This document shows, in pieces, positions 9,746 to 23,467 of a stretch of DNA of 64,000 bases (its first letter is position 1; each line of letters starts with the position of its first letter). The stretch is from NCBI RefSeq assembly GCF_020745735.1, contig NC_083447.1:21470755-21534754 (forward strand), in the 5' to 3' direction. Source of the DNA: Hemiscyllium ocellatum (taxonomy: Eukaryota). The position numbers were made by a program, and so were the translations under genes. Under the pieces are notes generated by a model. The model did no database searches and had not been told where the DNA came from. It saw only the letters and a program-made list of their open reading frames with translations.

Positions 9746-12639
9746 CCCCGCCTCTTCAACTCGTGGTCTGATATGAGATTGAGATCTTGAAAACCGGGAA
9801 AAATCTTTCGGACGTGATCGGAAGCTATATTGCATAGAAACAGCTGGTGGTCATTCGTTGCCTGGAAATCTATAGATGGAAACAGGAGGACACTATTGAT
9901 CCCGCTGAACCAGTGACATGGGAACAGAAGGAGAACCATTCAAGTTATTCATCCAAGCTTCAAATAAACCAGAGTTTGTTCACCCTCCTCCACCCCTCCG
10001 AATTTTCACGCAGCAACAAGCGACCCATTCACCCCATTGGAGCCGTGATCTGGAATAGCAAGAATTCAACCCATCGCGAGTCTTTTCCAGAGGAACAGAA
10101 GTTTGCCACTCCTTCCCATTCAGGCTGGTGCATAGGAAACCATGGATATCCATTCATTCCCTTGGCCCTCTTGGACATGGCTTTTGCCTGTTACAAATAG
10201 AACAGGAGAAGGGCATTCAGCTATTATTTCTTTCTTCTATTTTTATTCACTTTATTCCTCTAGTCTTCAGGCCTTCTCGTATGTTTCTGTCGTCGTCTTT
10301 TCCTCTGTAGTACTGTTCTCATTTCATCTACAACTTGCTAAGAATCAGGAGGTGCAAGTCATTTTCACTCTCATGGAATGCATGTAGTTTATCCATTACA
10401 TCATGTCCACTGCTACGTCTACTAAGCACCCCGTGTCTCCAAAATGAAGAACCTTCTCATTGCCCACGTGCTCTGTTGATGCACGTGGCACTGTTATTTT
10501 TATGATCTCGTTTCAAAATGCCAACGTCATCATCCACCTGCATCCGAGATCACAAAATCTACCATTTCCTTATTTCAACTTAAAATACCATCAAATGTAG
10601 CACGTGGCTTCAGGTTGCGGAAGTTCCAAGAAAAGAAGACGTTTAAATGAACAAGTGTTACAAGGGCTCGAAATTATTTGCAGAGGAAGGTGATTGTGAA
10701 GTCACTGAAGTAAGTGCATTTTTCATTTCCTTTTTTCAAATATGGTATAAAGTATGAATCTGCTATTCCTTCCCAGTGTTCCCAGGACACAACAGAGTTG
10801 TTGCCAGCAGTTCTGTTAAACCAGTGGAAAATCTGAATCGGTATTTATAATTCGCGGACACGTATTGTATCAATTTTACGAAACAGATACAGAGGCTTTG
10901 AGCATGTACTGAAAGTATTTACAAGGAGATGTGATGCCTAAGGGAAAGTAAGGACAGACTGGTATTCTATTCTGCAAACGTATACATTTTCTGTTCGCTA
11001 GGTAGTATGATAAGCTAATAGATCTCTTTATATTGTTGAAATGTTCTGATAGGACACATGGGTAGAAAATGTTTCCATTTGTGGGGATCCGGAATTTGAG
11101 GCCTCCAAACATAGCCAGCAATAATTTCAATAAAACTAAGAACTGCAGATGTTGGAAAACATGAACAAAAATTTCTAGAGGAACTCAGCATGGGAAGCAG
11201 AATAAACGTTTCAAATTCAGGGACAATTTCAATTTGGAGAACTGATTACTTTTAACCAAAGAGAGGTGAGAGCGCTCAAACTGACTACCACTCGGAGTGA
11301 GTAGCATAAATGCATTTAAGGAAAAAAAGTGAATAAAGATATGAGCCAGAAAGAAACGTTGGTAGCTGAGGGAGGAGATGGGACAAGATGTTGGGGGAGA
11401 CTTATATTAAGATTAAACATGGACATAGTCAAATTCTTTGCTATTGGCTCAGGACACTCGGGTACCCCACTACCTTTTTTAATATTATTGTGCATTGGGT
11501 GTGTTGTGACTCTCTTAAGAAAGCAGACAACCATATTTTATTTACCAGAAAGAAAACAGTGGCTACATTGCAGCGTTCCCATTGTACAGATCCTTGACAG
11601 TACAGTGCTGCTTTATTACTGTCTCGCAGTATGGTGTCCACCCTGTGCTCACCCTCAATTATACAGCTCTCCCTCAATACTGCCGCTCTGCAAGAACGCG
11701 TCTTCCTAGTACTGGCCATTCGACACTTTAGCTCTTCCTCGAAGCCAACTTTTCGACATTGCAGCGCGCGCTCTCTCTTTGTCCGTGCTTGCTCCAAAAA
11801 AAATCAGCAAAGTCCACTCCACAACGCAAATCATCATCCGCGCTGCATTAGATGTATTAGCAGATATTTAAGGTGAAGTTTCCGGAATGGAACGTAAACC
11901 TGGGAGAATTTGATTCAGAGGCGATTGATTAACTAACTGAGACACAAATAGTAATTCAATTACATATCTTCCAGCTGACCGAACATCCTCAACTGGTTTA
12001 TGGCTTTTTCTCTTGAGCGAAGATTTTTGCTAAAACATTAGATTTGAAATCCACAATTTCACAAAAAAAAGCCATGCAGACGCAACTCATTTGTGATTCA
12101 TGAATTCAAATCAATTGTTTCAGCAAAAATATTGGTTGCATGAGCGAAAGATGGACGGTAAGTGGCGTAACTGCTTTGAAAAAAAAAGTCCTTTTTGGCT
12201 TTCCCCACCTATGTTTCCTGTGCGTGTAATCGCCTTCCTAAAATCCCACCTCTCCACTCTCTTTTGGAAAGCTATTCAAACGCAACTGATTTTTGGATCA
12301 CATGTCCCTTATTTTTCTTGATTCCCCTCCATGTCAAAAGATGACTGATTTAAGGTTCCTGTGATGTTTTGATCACGTCGGTTCTGGTCATTATAACAAG
12401 GCAATTTGTTGCCAATGAACAATTGTCACGTTTGGGTCAATGAATGCATGTTCTAAGCTTGTGAAAATGAGTTTTGCAATAATAAGTTCAATGTGTTTCT
12501 GTATTTAACAGACAGTTGGATGATCGGAGAGGCGATTCTCCTCCTCAGATATCATGCCTATAACAACGAAGAACAAAATACATTCCAACAAAGGACCCAG
12601 AATGCTGTCAGAGCGAGGTCCAAAGCGCATGCAGGTTAT

Positions 12640-13810
12640 AGATGGAAGACATAGGGTAGTGGTGGAGGGTTGCTTTTCAGACTGGAGGCCTATTACCAGT
12701 GGTGTGCTACAAGGATCTGTGTTGCATCCGTTCCTTTTCATCACATATATAAATGGTTTGAATGTGAACATTGGAGATACAGTTAGTAAGCTTGCAGATC
12801 ACAGCAAAATTGCAGGTGTAGTGGATAGCGAAGAAGGTTATCTTAGAGTACAATGGGATTTTGATTTGATGGGACAATGTGCTGAGGAGTGGCAGATAGA
12901 GTTTAATTTAGATAAATGTGAGGCGCTGCATTTCAGAGCACTAATTATACACTTAACAGGCAGGTCCCGGAGAGTGTTGCTGAATAAAGTGACCTTGGAG
13001 TGCAGGTTCATAGTTCCTTGAAAGTGGAGTTGCAGGTAGAAAGGATAGTGAAGCAGGTGTTTAATATGTTTTCATTTATTGGACAGTGCATTGAGCATAG
13101 GACATTGGTTCGGCCACTTTTGGAATATTGTGTGCAATTCTGATCCCCGCCTCTCGGAAGGATGTTGTGAAACCTGGAAGGGTTCAGAAAGAATTTACAA
13201 AGATGTTGTGAGGACTGGAGGATTTCAGCTATAGGGAGAGGTTGAATAGGTTGGGGCTGTTTTCCCACAGCATCAGACGCTGAGAGGTGACCTTATAGAA
13301 GATTATAAAATCATGAGGGCCATAGATAAAGTAAATAGACAAGGTTTTCTTCAGTTGGGGTGGGGGGAATGGGGGGTGGGGGGCCGGTGGAGGTGAGTGC
13401 AGAATTAGATATTTTTAGGGTGAGAGGGGAAAGGCAAATTTTTAGGGTGAGAGGGGAAAATTTTAAAGGGACCTAAGGGGCAATTATTTCACGCAGAGGG
13501 TGGTGTGTGTATGGAATGAACTGCCAGAAAAAGTGGTGGAGGCTAGTACAATTGCATCATTTGAAAAGTCTCTGGGTGGATATATGAATAGCAAGGGTTT
13601 AGAGGGATATGGAGAAAGTGAGGACTGCAGATGTTGGAGATCAGAGTCAAGAGTGTGGTACTGGAAAAGCACAACAGGTCAGGCAGCATCTGAGGAGCAG
13701 GAGAATTGATGTTTTGGGCAAAAGCCTTCTGGGCCAAGTGCTGGAAAATGGCACTTGATTTATTTAGGATATCTGGTCAGCATGGATAAGTTGGACCAAA
13801 GAGTCTGTTT
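12640..13810 (+). mobile_element. Degenerate 5'-truncated CR1-type LINE (RT and 3' end)
   Basis: ORF 12554-13021 has VVVEGCFSDWRPITSGVLQGSVL and SKLADHSKIAGVVDSEEG, which are CR1 RT motifs; frameshifted. A Penelope-type fragment is inserted at about 13612-13730. Confidence 0.85.
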
Positions 13811-14829
13811 CTGTGCTGTAATTCTCTATGACTCTATCTTCGAGCTAATGAAACAGGCATTGAACAAATTAGATAAGAGGAGTAATTGGATGATTTTGAT
13901 TTTAATAATGAGAAGAGATTGGATAAATTTAGTTTGCTTTCACTTGAACGTTGGAGGCTGATGAGTGATGTGAGAGAAATTTACAAAATTATGAGATACA
14001 TGGATAGAATTGATGGTCCTTTTTTTTTCCCATGGTAAAAATGTCAATTATTAGGGGAACATATGATATAATGTAAAAGAGGGAGAGTTAAACGAGATCT
14101 GAGAGGCCATTTTTCTTTACACTGAGGGTGGCAAGTGTCTGGAGAACACTGTTGTTAGAAACAGACATAATAGCAATGTTTTAAGAGGTATCTTGACAAA
14201 TACATGAATAGTTAGGAAATATAGCGATACAAATGACATTGGGAAAAGATTTTTAATTTACAAAGGCATCATACATTGGTGCAGTCTTGGTAGGCCAAAA
14301 GGCTTTTTCCAGTGGTATGCAGTTCTTTGTTCTTTGTTTTAAATGCATGGTGAAATGGTAATATCCATTGGCAGCTGCCCAGCAATATAAATTCAAATCA
14401 TGGAGGGCACTGGCATTTACAACAGGGACAGATAATGTTGGAAGTATTCGCAATATCAGTCAACACTCGAGGGACAAATGTGTATTGAAATCAGGGGGAA
14501 GGTCAATGATGCCATGAAAGGAATTTACTTAGGCAGAGAGGAGGTTCTGAGTGTCCCAGCATTCATCAACGTTGATATATCTCCTGGGCTCAATGAATTG
14601 TATCCCAGGTTATACAGTGAGGAAAGGGAGCAAAAAGCAGGGGAATTTTCCAAAAAATTCAGTTCCTCTCTGCCAAAGGAGAGGTGCCAGAGGATTGGAG
14701 GATAGCTAATATCATAACATTATTCCAGAAGGGAACAAGGTGTACACCATTGGCAGTCACTCTAACCTTGGTAGTGGGAAAATATTGGAAGAAATTCTGA
14801 GGGTCAGAATTAATCTGTATTTAGAGAGG

Positions 14830-15520
14830 CAGGTGCTGTGATTGTAACAAGGTCAGCCAGGTTGACCTTATAAAATATAATTTCTCACTCTGGGGCTTTT
14901 AACCTAGTTCAGTCAGGGTACCCTGGTGAATACATATAAAGAGGAGTGTCAGAGTCTCTGTTCACTCTGAGAACTGGCTCTGAGGAAGCTAGACCAATGA
15001 AAAGTACTATGCAAATATAAATAAAAGATGACTTGGTGACAGGATACTGACCTCTTAGGAGTTTTCTTCAGTGGTGATGAGAGAAAATAATATATTTCTG
15101 AAGAAATCCTCTCACAACAGTCATCTTTGAGTTGGAGTAACCATTTCTGGCATCATGCTATTATTTGGGATGCTTTAACATATTCGTTCCTGCCATTGAT
15201 GACTGGACGTAGTACGTGGAAAGAATGTATTATTTTTCCAAGCAAGTGACATTGGGGCAGAAAATAAGCAATGGATAATTCTCTTGACAGTTTGAGGACA
15301 TGCAATATTTTTTGGTTATTAGGAGCCTAACATTCCCTGAGGCACACCAGACTTTCCAAGAGTTGATGGATTTAATTAAGGAATATTACAATGCCCAAGC
15401 TTCCTCTAATTCTGAGATACTATCAGTTTTACATCGTATTTCGAAAACCAGGAGAATCAGTGTCAGGATTTCTGATGAGATCAAGAGGTAGGTGGTTGCA
15501 ATGCATGGGTACCGAGCTGA
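14830..15520 (+). mobile_element. Degenerate Gypsy-type LTR element fragment (LTR plus gag)
   Basis: gag-like peptides TFQELMDLIKEYYN and PLILRYYQFYIVFRKPGESVSGFL, preceded by an LTR-like block starting TG. Confidence 0.55.
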
Positions 15521-16174
15521 AACTGCAACCAGCATTCAACCTGGAAGTAGCTTTCCATGTGAATAATGGCGGTGGCAACAGCATGGGGTGGGGCCTGGAG
15601 ATGGCTGGAACCAGGGCATGAGTTTCAAACAGTGAGTAAGTTATCTGACTGGTGGTGAGAGGAGCAGGGTTTTGTAAACTTTTGATTGTTTATACTGGAT
15701 AAGAAACTGGAAAACTGTTTGTGGAGCTGGTGGATTGTTCATTGGATATAGAATAGTAGAGGTCCTCCACACATTTGAGAAAGGAACTCTTGAGGTGGGG
15801 GACAGATTGAGAAACCAGATAGAGATTTGTTGGTGGAGGCATTAGAGATATTGCAAGTAAGGAGCATCAAAGGTGGATCCAGAGTTGGAGGATTTAAAAT
15901 GTACCTGGAGGCCTTGAGGGATGAGATGGTTGCAAAGACAGCAGCTGAGGAAAATCTCGTGGCTGTGGTATTGAATTTGTTCCATGGTGCAGTCAAAGAG
16001 CCAGAGGACTGAGGAGATCATGGTGTTGTGGCAGTGAGAAAGGAACTCACTGAGCACATGTCTGAGGGAGGGAGAAAATATCTTCAAACTGGGCAGTGGA
16101 ACAAACTTGGTTAGAGACAGAAGAACTGCAGGTGCTAGAATCCAAAGTAGACAGACAAGAGGCTGGAAGATTTA

Positions 16175-16481
16175 GAGCGGCACGGTGGCACAGTGGTTAG
16201 CACTGCTGCCTCACAGCGCCAGGGACCTGGGTTCAATTCCCGCCTCAGGCGACTGACTGTGTGGAGTTTGCACGTTCTCCCCGTGTCTGCGTGGGTTTCC
16301 TCCGGGTGCTCCGGTTTCCTCCCACAGTCCAAAGATGAGCGGGTCAGGTGAATTGGCCATGCTAAATTGCCCGTAGTGTTAGGTAAGGAGTATATGTAGG
16401 GGTATGGGTGGGGTTCGCTTCGGCGGGTCGGTGTGGACTTGTTGGGCCGAAGGGCCTGTTTCTACACTGTAAGTAATCTAA
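16175..16481 (+). mobile_element. Full-length tRNA-derived shark SINE (HE1/V-SINE type), young copy
   Basis: A/B-box head GGTGGCACAGTGGTTAGC...GGGTTCAATTCCC, V-SINE core and CR1-like tail. It interrupts a Penelope-type repeat. Confidence 0.85.
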
Positions 16482-16505
16482 TACAGCAAGCCAGACAGCA
16501 TCAGG

Positions 16506-16540
16506 AGTCAATGTTTCAGGTGTAACCCTTCTTCAGGACT
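16506..16540 (-). ncRNA. Hammerhead ribozyme motif in a second Penelope-type repeat family
   Basis: AGTC-CTGAAGA-A-GGGT/TAC/ACCT-GAAA-C-ATT-GACT, with a perfect 4-bp stem I. Confidence 0.55.
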
Positions 16541-17074
16541 GGGGGCAGTTGCAGATAAAGGGGGTGGTGGGGGAAGGGTGGTGAAGTGGGGATCGGTGTA
16601 GTCAGGTAGAGGGTATGACTTGGTTGGTCAATGGGAGGAATGAATCCGGTTGGTGGCTGGGAGCAGTGGAAGGGATGACGAAGGGCTGAGAATGGAGTTG
16701 GAGGTTGGGGAGGGAGGCTATATGAAATTGAAGAACTTAATGTTGAGTCCTCTGGGCCGTAGGTTGCCCAGTCAGAAGATGAGGTGTAGTGACATATAGT
16801 ATGAGCAAATCTGTACCCAACATTTTAAGTTATTTCAAGTTTCCCTGATGACTGGTGTTTAATGCCTTCATCATTGAATTTGAAGACGAATGCCTTCATC
16901 ACTGAATCAAATGAAGTTAAAAGCTCCTGCAGTAGTCATGTTAACATTATAACTTTTTAATAGTTTTAAAGCCAGTTTCTTCATGGAGTATGTATCACTA
17001 CTTCATCATTTAAATCATGTTTTGTTACTCTTAAGGTCAAAAGATCAAAATTTGGGGAGAATGTGTATCCTCCC

Positions 17075-17630
17075 CATTTGGTCCTGAACAGGGACATCTA
17101 GCTGCAATTATACAGGGTATTGGTGAGGCCACACTTCGAATATTGTGTACAGTTTTGGTCCTGGCGACAGCAGGAGTACAGTTAAGGCTTATCAAGTTGA
17201 ATTCTGAGACGGGGGGAACTCAACTATGAGGAGAGATTTAATTGTACTCACTGGAGTTTAGAAGAATGAGGAGAGAGCTCACAGAAACCTATAAAATTCT
17301 GGAAGATTAGATGCAGGAAGGATGTTCCTAATACTGGGGGAGTTCAGAACCAGAGGTCATAGTTTAGGGGTTCCAGGTAAACCTTTTAGGTTTGAGATGA
17401 GGAGAAACTTCTTCATGAGGAGGGTGGCGAACCTATAGAATTGACCAGCATAGAAAGTGGTTGAGTGCAAAACATTATGTGTTTATAAGAAGGGGGTAAA
17501 TGTAGCTCTTGTAGTCAAAAGGTACTGGGGAGGGCCAAATCAGGTTATTGAGCAGATGGTCAATTATGATCATGTTGGATGGCAGAGCAGGTTCAAGGGG
17601 TTGAATAGCCTACTCCTGCTCCTACCTTAT
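17075..17630 (+). mobile_element. Degenerate CR1 LINE 3' fragment
   Basis: Similar by eye to the CR1 3' region at 53400-53950 (GGTGAGGCCACACTTCGAATATTGTGTACAGTTTTGGTC). Confidence 0.7.
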
Positions 17631-18204
17631 ATATTTCTATATTTTGGATGTTGGCTAAATCATCCAATTCAGTTTTCTTAAAACTTCCTGATCAAGTGCA
17701 CAAAAGTCTCCAAGACAAAGCTGTGAATTAATTTATTTCATCTACACTTTCTTTTGAAATTTAACAATTCTCAGGATGATTTATTCACAGTTAATGTTCA
17801 TTTTCTTGTCACTATCTGATTAAAATATTCTCACAATATTCTTAAAACAGAAATCAAACATTACTATTTGATCAGAAAAATAAATAATAATTTTACAATT
17901 GTGTCTCTCTGTTTACTAATGGAAAAAGGAACTTGCCACATTTCTTTAGCATTTTATTTCTCAAAATAGTCCAAATTCACAGTAACAAGTTCCCTTCAGA
18001 ACTTGTCATTTTGCTAGAAATTCTAAAGTATTGTGTTCATTCTTGTTATTGACTGAACTTAAATGCTTAATGAATTACAACTGATCCAACCCCTTTAGCT
18101 CACCTTACTTTTGTCAAATCTTGTTGGGGTGCAGCAATTTAGACAAGTTCTTTCCAAGGAGCCCTACAATAATTAAGTAAGCCATAGACCTGCTTTGCAC
18201 ATCC

Positions 18205-18500
18205 TTAGGTTAGATTAGATCCCTGTGTAAACAGGCCATTTGGCCCAACAAGTCCACACTGACCCTCTGGAGAGTAACCTGCCCTAACCAATTTCCCATT
18301 GACTAATGCATCTAACACCATGGGCCATTTAGCATGGCCAATTCAGCTGACCTGCACATCTTTGGATTGTGGGAGAAAACCCACACAGACACAGGGAGAA
18401 TGTGCAAACTCCACAGACAGTCATTCAGGGCAGGAATTCAACTTGCGTCCTTGGTGCTGAAAGGTGGCAGTGCTAACCACTAAGCCACTGTGCCGCCAAA
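18205..18500 (-). mobile_element. HE1/V-SINE-type SINE
   Basis: Reverse-complement similarity to 16175-16481. Confidence 0.8.
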
Positions 18501-19194
18501 CAGTTCTTGATAGTTGGCTGTGTTCCTATGACTGAGGAGGTTGCCTTTTATTTCATCTGATTTAAAACCCAGCAGCTTCCAGCTGCAAGACAGTAAAGCT
18601 CAATGTGTTTCTTGAAAGCTCCTGAGGCAATTCAAAACATTGTCTACATAGTAGATCATCATTCTGCATCTTGAAGTTATTATAATTCCTCAACTGAGTG
18701 CTTGAAAACCCACCTTTCATAAAATGCTTACCAATTCCAATTTCATAAATAATTATCCAAGCTTCATGTATTAAATGGTTCTTTAAGATCAGGGACCCAA
18801 GAGATCAGAGTCAGTTTTCTCATTCTCAAGCAATTTGTCTCAGAAGGTAGGATCTAATTGGTCAAAGCCGATCTCGAAAAGGAAAAGCGTGTAAACCAAA
18901 TTTGATATCTGCAACTTTCCAAAACCAAAATCTAGCAATATGGAAAATGCATGGTGACATTAAATGGTCACTACAACAGCAAAGGTTAACTTTCTGCTCG
19001 TTTGAGAAGGAGATGGGGCCCAAATTAATGAGTGATGTCATGTAATTTTACTTTCTACAGAAAACTGCTGAAATCTTCTGACCATTTCAAACTAAGTCTT
19101 TAAATCTTCCAATTTGTTTCCAGTTGTCTCAAAACCCTATTTAGTGTTTCCAAGATTACTTTCAAAATAGAAGCATTTATATTGTCTCTTAACA

Positions 19195-19515
19195 TAGATT
19201 CCCAACAGTTTGGAAGCAGGCCATTCAGCCCATCAAGTCCACACCAACACTTTGGAAAGCATCCCACTTGATCCACTTCTCCCTCATCCCTGTAACCCTT
19301 CATTTCCCACCTAGCCTAGAAACTATGCATAATTTAGCATGGCACATAACCTGCACATCTTTGGACTGTGGGAGGAAAGCAGAACACTCAGAGAAAACCC
19401 ACATAAACACAGGGAGAACATGCTAAATCCCCACTGGCAGCCACACAAGGCTGGATTTAAACCCAGGGCCCTGGTGCTTTGAGACAGCAGTGCTAACCAC
19501 TGAGCCACCATGCTG
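19195..19515 (-). mobile_element. HE1/V-SINE-type SINE
   Basis: Reverse-complement similarity to 16175-16481. Confidence 0.8.
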
Positions 19516-22500
19516 CTCTCTCATTTTTCAATATGGGTTTGATTAAATGTTTACCAAACTATTTAACTGTTTTGAAAACAAACCAGTTACAGTGCTTTAT
19601 ATGCACAAAATATTTTTTATTCCAAATTTTAAGTTCAAATTGGATGTCTTCCAAAATGAAGTAGTTTTTGTTGTGAAAACAAATTGAGGTTGTACAGCAT
19701 AAGAACATGTTTTCAAATTAAAATTGAAAAATACAGTTTACACCATTTCCATAGATTTGAACAGATGTTTTGACTTCTTTCTAACTATCGTGTGGGTTAC
19801 CGCGTTTTTGCATTATATTATAGTGGACATTTGAGATTCATTACCTGGGGGTGTATGTCTTCTCCCCATTTTCTTTTGAGCTGTTCCTACCTTATCCTCA
19901 CAAACACTATCCACAACTACTGACTTGCAGTTTCGTGTGATATTAGTATTAACATTAACACATCTGCACAATTGCAAATTTAAAGTTATGAATATTTCTG
20001 GTGTTTTGGGTACACCCATTACTTGGAGCTACCAGTTTTATAAATAATTGTTGTTGGGCCATAATGTTTCCACATGCCGGAGCGATTGCTGATTGTGCTT
20101 TATCATATGGACTAGCCCTGTTCCTCTGTGCTCACTGTTTTCACTATTGGCTATAACTATCAGCTATCTCCTACCTAAGATCTTTCCTTTGTTTATTTGA
20201 CCAGTTGTAAATATACTGTAGACTAGTAATGATTATCATTCCTTTATTCTCTTGTTTCTTGCTTTGACCCACCCACCAGCACCTTGTTCTGCGGGAATGT
20301 TATGTGGTTCCCAACCATACAATGAATTTTCTCAACTAATTTTACCTGCTCCTCTGTTATGAACCTTGTGTGCCTTCAGTTCCCCAGTAAAAGTTCATAA
20401 CGCTTTCCTCTCTCTTTCCACGGCATTCTCCTGCTGTCCCTGTGCAGTCTGTTCTCGAATCTACATGGCTCTCATTATCTTATTTAAGACAGATTTCCTT
20501 GCCTGCACTTCAGTGGCTTTCCTGAATTTGCCTAGCCCCAGTGCAGTTATTTCAATGTAGATATGGCATACTCTATCTTTGACCTCAATATGGCTACTAC
20601 TGCACAAATCAGATCGAGCACCGGTGCGGCATGTACTGCTTGTATTTTACTTCTCTCACTCCCTTGGCCAGTGTAGATTTTTTAGAATGGATTTGGCCTA
20701 GCCTCCAGCAGCTTCCCTAGATGCCTATTGTCCCTAGTTTTCCTTCAGAGTCTTTGAGATTCTGTTAATACTCAACCAGACTCATTGCACTAAATATAGG
20801 CCGTGAATAAAACATAACCATCTCTTTTTGCAATCTGACATGGGTATTCTGTTTCCAACATCAAATGTTATGGCAGATTATTTTGCAGAATAATCTCAGG
20901 AGCCTCGAGGTGTAAATCAACAATTGTTTATTGATCCAATGTTGGGAGAGTGTACCCCAGGAAAGTTTCCAAGATAACACTCTAACTCAATTATCAAATA
21001 TTTATACCTTGTGAGTTAAGCAGGTAGTGCATTAATCAAGTTGCAAAGTGACACATTCTGAAGGGTCATACAACGTGTTATCCCTGATCTCACCACTCCC
21101 TATCTCCCCAGGTGTCATCCAATTTCATCCAATCCCCATTGCTTTGTCTTTCTCGACGTGGATGGAGTTGCCATCATATTCCATTTCTAAATAAGGCTTC
21201 AGAATTAATGTTGATTCAACCAGGTTGCATTTTCACAGAAACTCTGCTTGTTTGCTGCATCAGCAACTGAGCATTTGTTTGCAGTTTAACTTTTCTTTTA
21301 ACCTGACTACTTTCTTTATTAAGAATAAATGAAAATGAACCTTCAATGAGATCTATGATTATTGCTCATGAAGTTAAATAAGGTCTCCACCTAATTCTAA
21401 TACAAGATGGAACTTCATGTGGATTCTTAGGCGAACTCATGTCATACCCAACTTTCCCTCAACGCTGAATCATTGAATATGATAAATTTTAGGGACTTTT
21501 TTGGTTCTGAAGGTTTCTATCAGTCTCAGACGCTGTGATAAGCAGAATTACAGCGTCAACTTTGATTAGAGATCAAAGTCCTGAAAAATGTTAACTTTGT
21601 TTCTCTATCCAAACATTATTCCTGAACAGGCAAAAGTGAGATGCTGGAAACCAGAGTTTAGATCAGAGTGGTGCTCAAAAAGCAGAGCAGGTCAGGCAGC
21701 ATCCAAGGAGCAGGAAAATCGATGTTTTGGGCAAAAGCCTTTCATTATTATTCCTGCCCAGCTGAGTGGTTCTAGCATGTTTTATTTTTTATTTTATTCC
21801 CTACAACTCCTTGTTTCCATTCAGTCTGCCAACTTCAATACCATGCTCCTACTGACCCTTTTGTGGCTAGATGGCCCTGGGCCTGACTGACTAGGCCCGA
21901 AATCAGAATATGCAGCCTTTGAACAGGTAAACCCAGGAAATCTTTCAGGACAAGTCAAGTGCAAAGCGTTCGCACAAATCAAAGGCAGGAAGGACAAATC
22001 CGGACTTGTTTTAGAGTGCTAGGCTGGTTTGTGTATTGAACTGCAGTGAGCAGATGGTTCCCACCATGACCTTGCATGGAAAGGGGGATGTGCCCTTGAC
22101 ACATTGGAGGATGGATATTGGGATCCCATTGGAAAACACTTGGAAAAACAGAAAAGACAATGATGTGTGAATTTTGCCAAGTTCACAGAGTCTGGTCAAG
22201 TTTGACTGAATGGGTAATACCTGTCCTAGTCTGGTGGTCTGCTGTAGTTTAGATAAAGATTGTGATAAAGCTGAATATTACTAAGATCCTGTTCTTTTAT
22301 GATAAAACTGCAAACCTTAGATTAATAACTCTAACAATCTCAATGTTAAAATTTGGGAGTTTTATTGCAAAAGAGCAGGGTTTTAGTTAGTATTCAATTA
22401 TAAGGTGTCTTTAGTATATTTGTAAATTAAATTGCATTGAAGTACAAGTTGACCTTAACCCTTTTGTTCATCTTACAAACTTTGTACATCAATAAAATGA

Positions 22501-23467
22501 ACTTAGCAAGAAACTGGCTGAAGTGTCCAAAACACAGACACTGTTGGCATCCCTGGATAGTCTCTGATAAGAAGTATCCAATGATTACTATTCAATTGAA
22601 GCCCAACAGCTTTGTATTGCAGTCTGAGTCTGAATTAAAAAAAAACTACCTACCTGATGGCCAGCATTCAAATGGGTGAATGTGGATAGACGTGACTGAC
22701 AAATAATTATATTAAATGCCGGGACAGTGGAGTGAAACAAATAAAACAGCAGGGTTTTGAAGGTAAGGAAATCAAGGAGGAAGGGTAAACTCTGCAAGTC
22801 AGCCTTAAGGGCACAAGTCACTCACCTCTGGCATCGGAGGGAATTTAATGTAAGCCAGAAGCCTACCTCTTGAACATACCCTAGAAAATGGAAGATCAGA
22901 ACAATGGCAGGTTGCTCAGAGTGGGAGAAAACCATAATAATATCAGAATAGGAATTAGTCTAAGTGGGTTAAATGCTGGAAAGTGAAGTTAGATGCTGCC
23001 AAGTTGAGTTTGTGTGGATCAGCGGGAGTTCTCACAACCCTGAAACTGTCCCAAAATATTGAAATGGCTGGTCTACCTACAAAAATCTATCTCAAGCTGA
23101 TTCACAGGGCACTTACAGGAGGGATCAGAAACTGAAACATGAAGATTCACATTGGACAACGTTACCTGCCTTTAACCAGCCATATTTGTTGATTTCCATT
23201 GAGCAATGAAACACATCCTGGGCTTTGATTTCATGTGGAAGTGCAAACCATTGTTTGACACTCTCAAACTGCCATATATGGCAAAATGCCCACTACAGGT
23301 GAGGCCCTTATAGAAGTCTTCATGTGGAGATATGTGGTCAGAATTCGCACCCTAGGAGAATTGTGCTTTAAGCCCTTGGAAATGACTGGTGTCCCAGAGG
23401 CAAGGCACACTCAATCCTTTACTTACCACAAACATGACTGCGGTGGAATGACAGGGAGGGTAGTTGG

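Noticed and set aside
9847-10200. Plus-strand ORF with a faint Ig-C-like stretch (VTWEQKENHSSYSSKLQIN)
   Set aside because: Wrong strand for the locus; no second cysteine, correct spacing or splice signals.
11441-11797. Minus-strand ORF with ELKC and AALYC, resembling a V remnant
   Set aside because: No WYxQ, and the heptamer position reads TACAATG with no nonamer.
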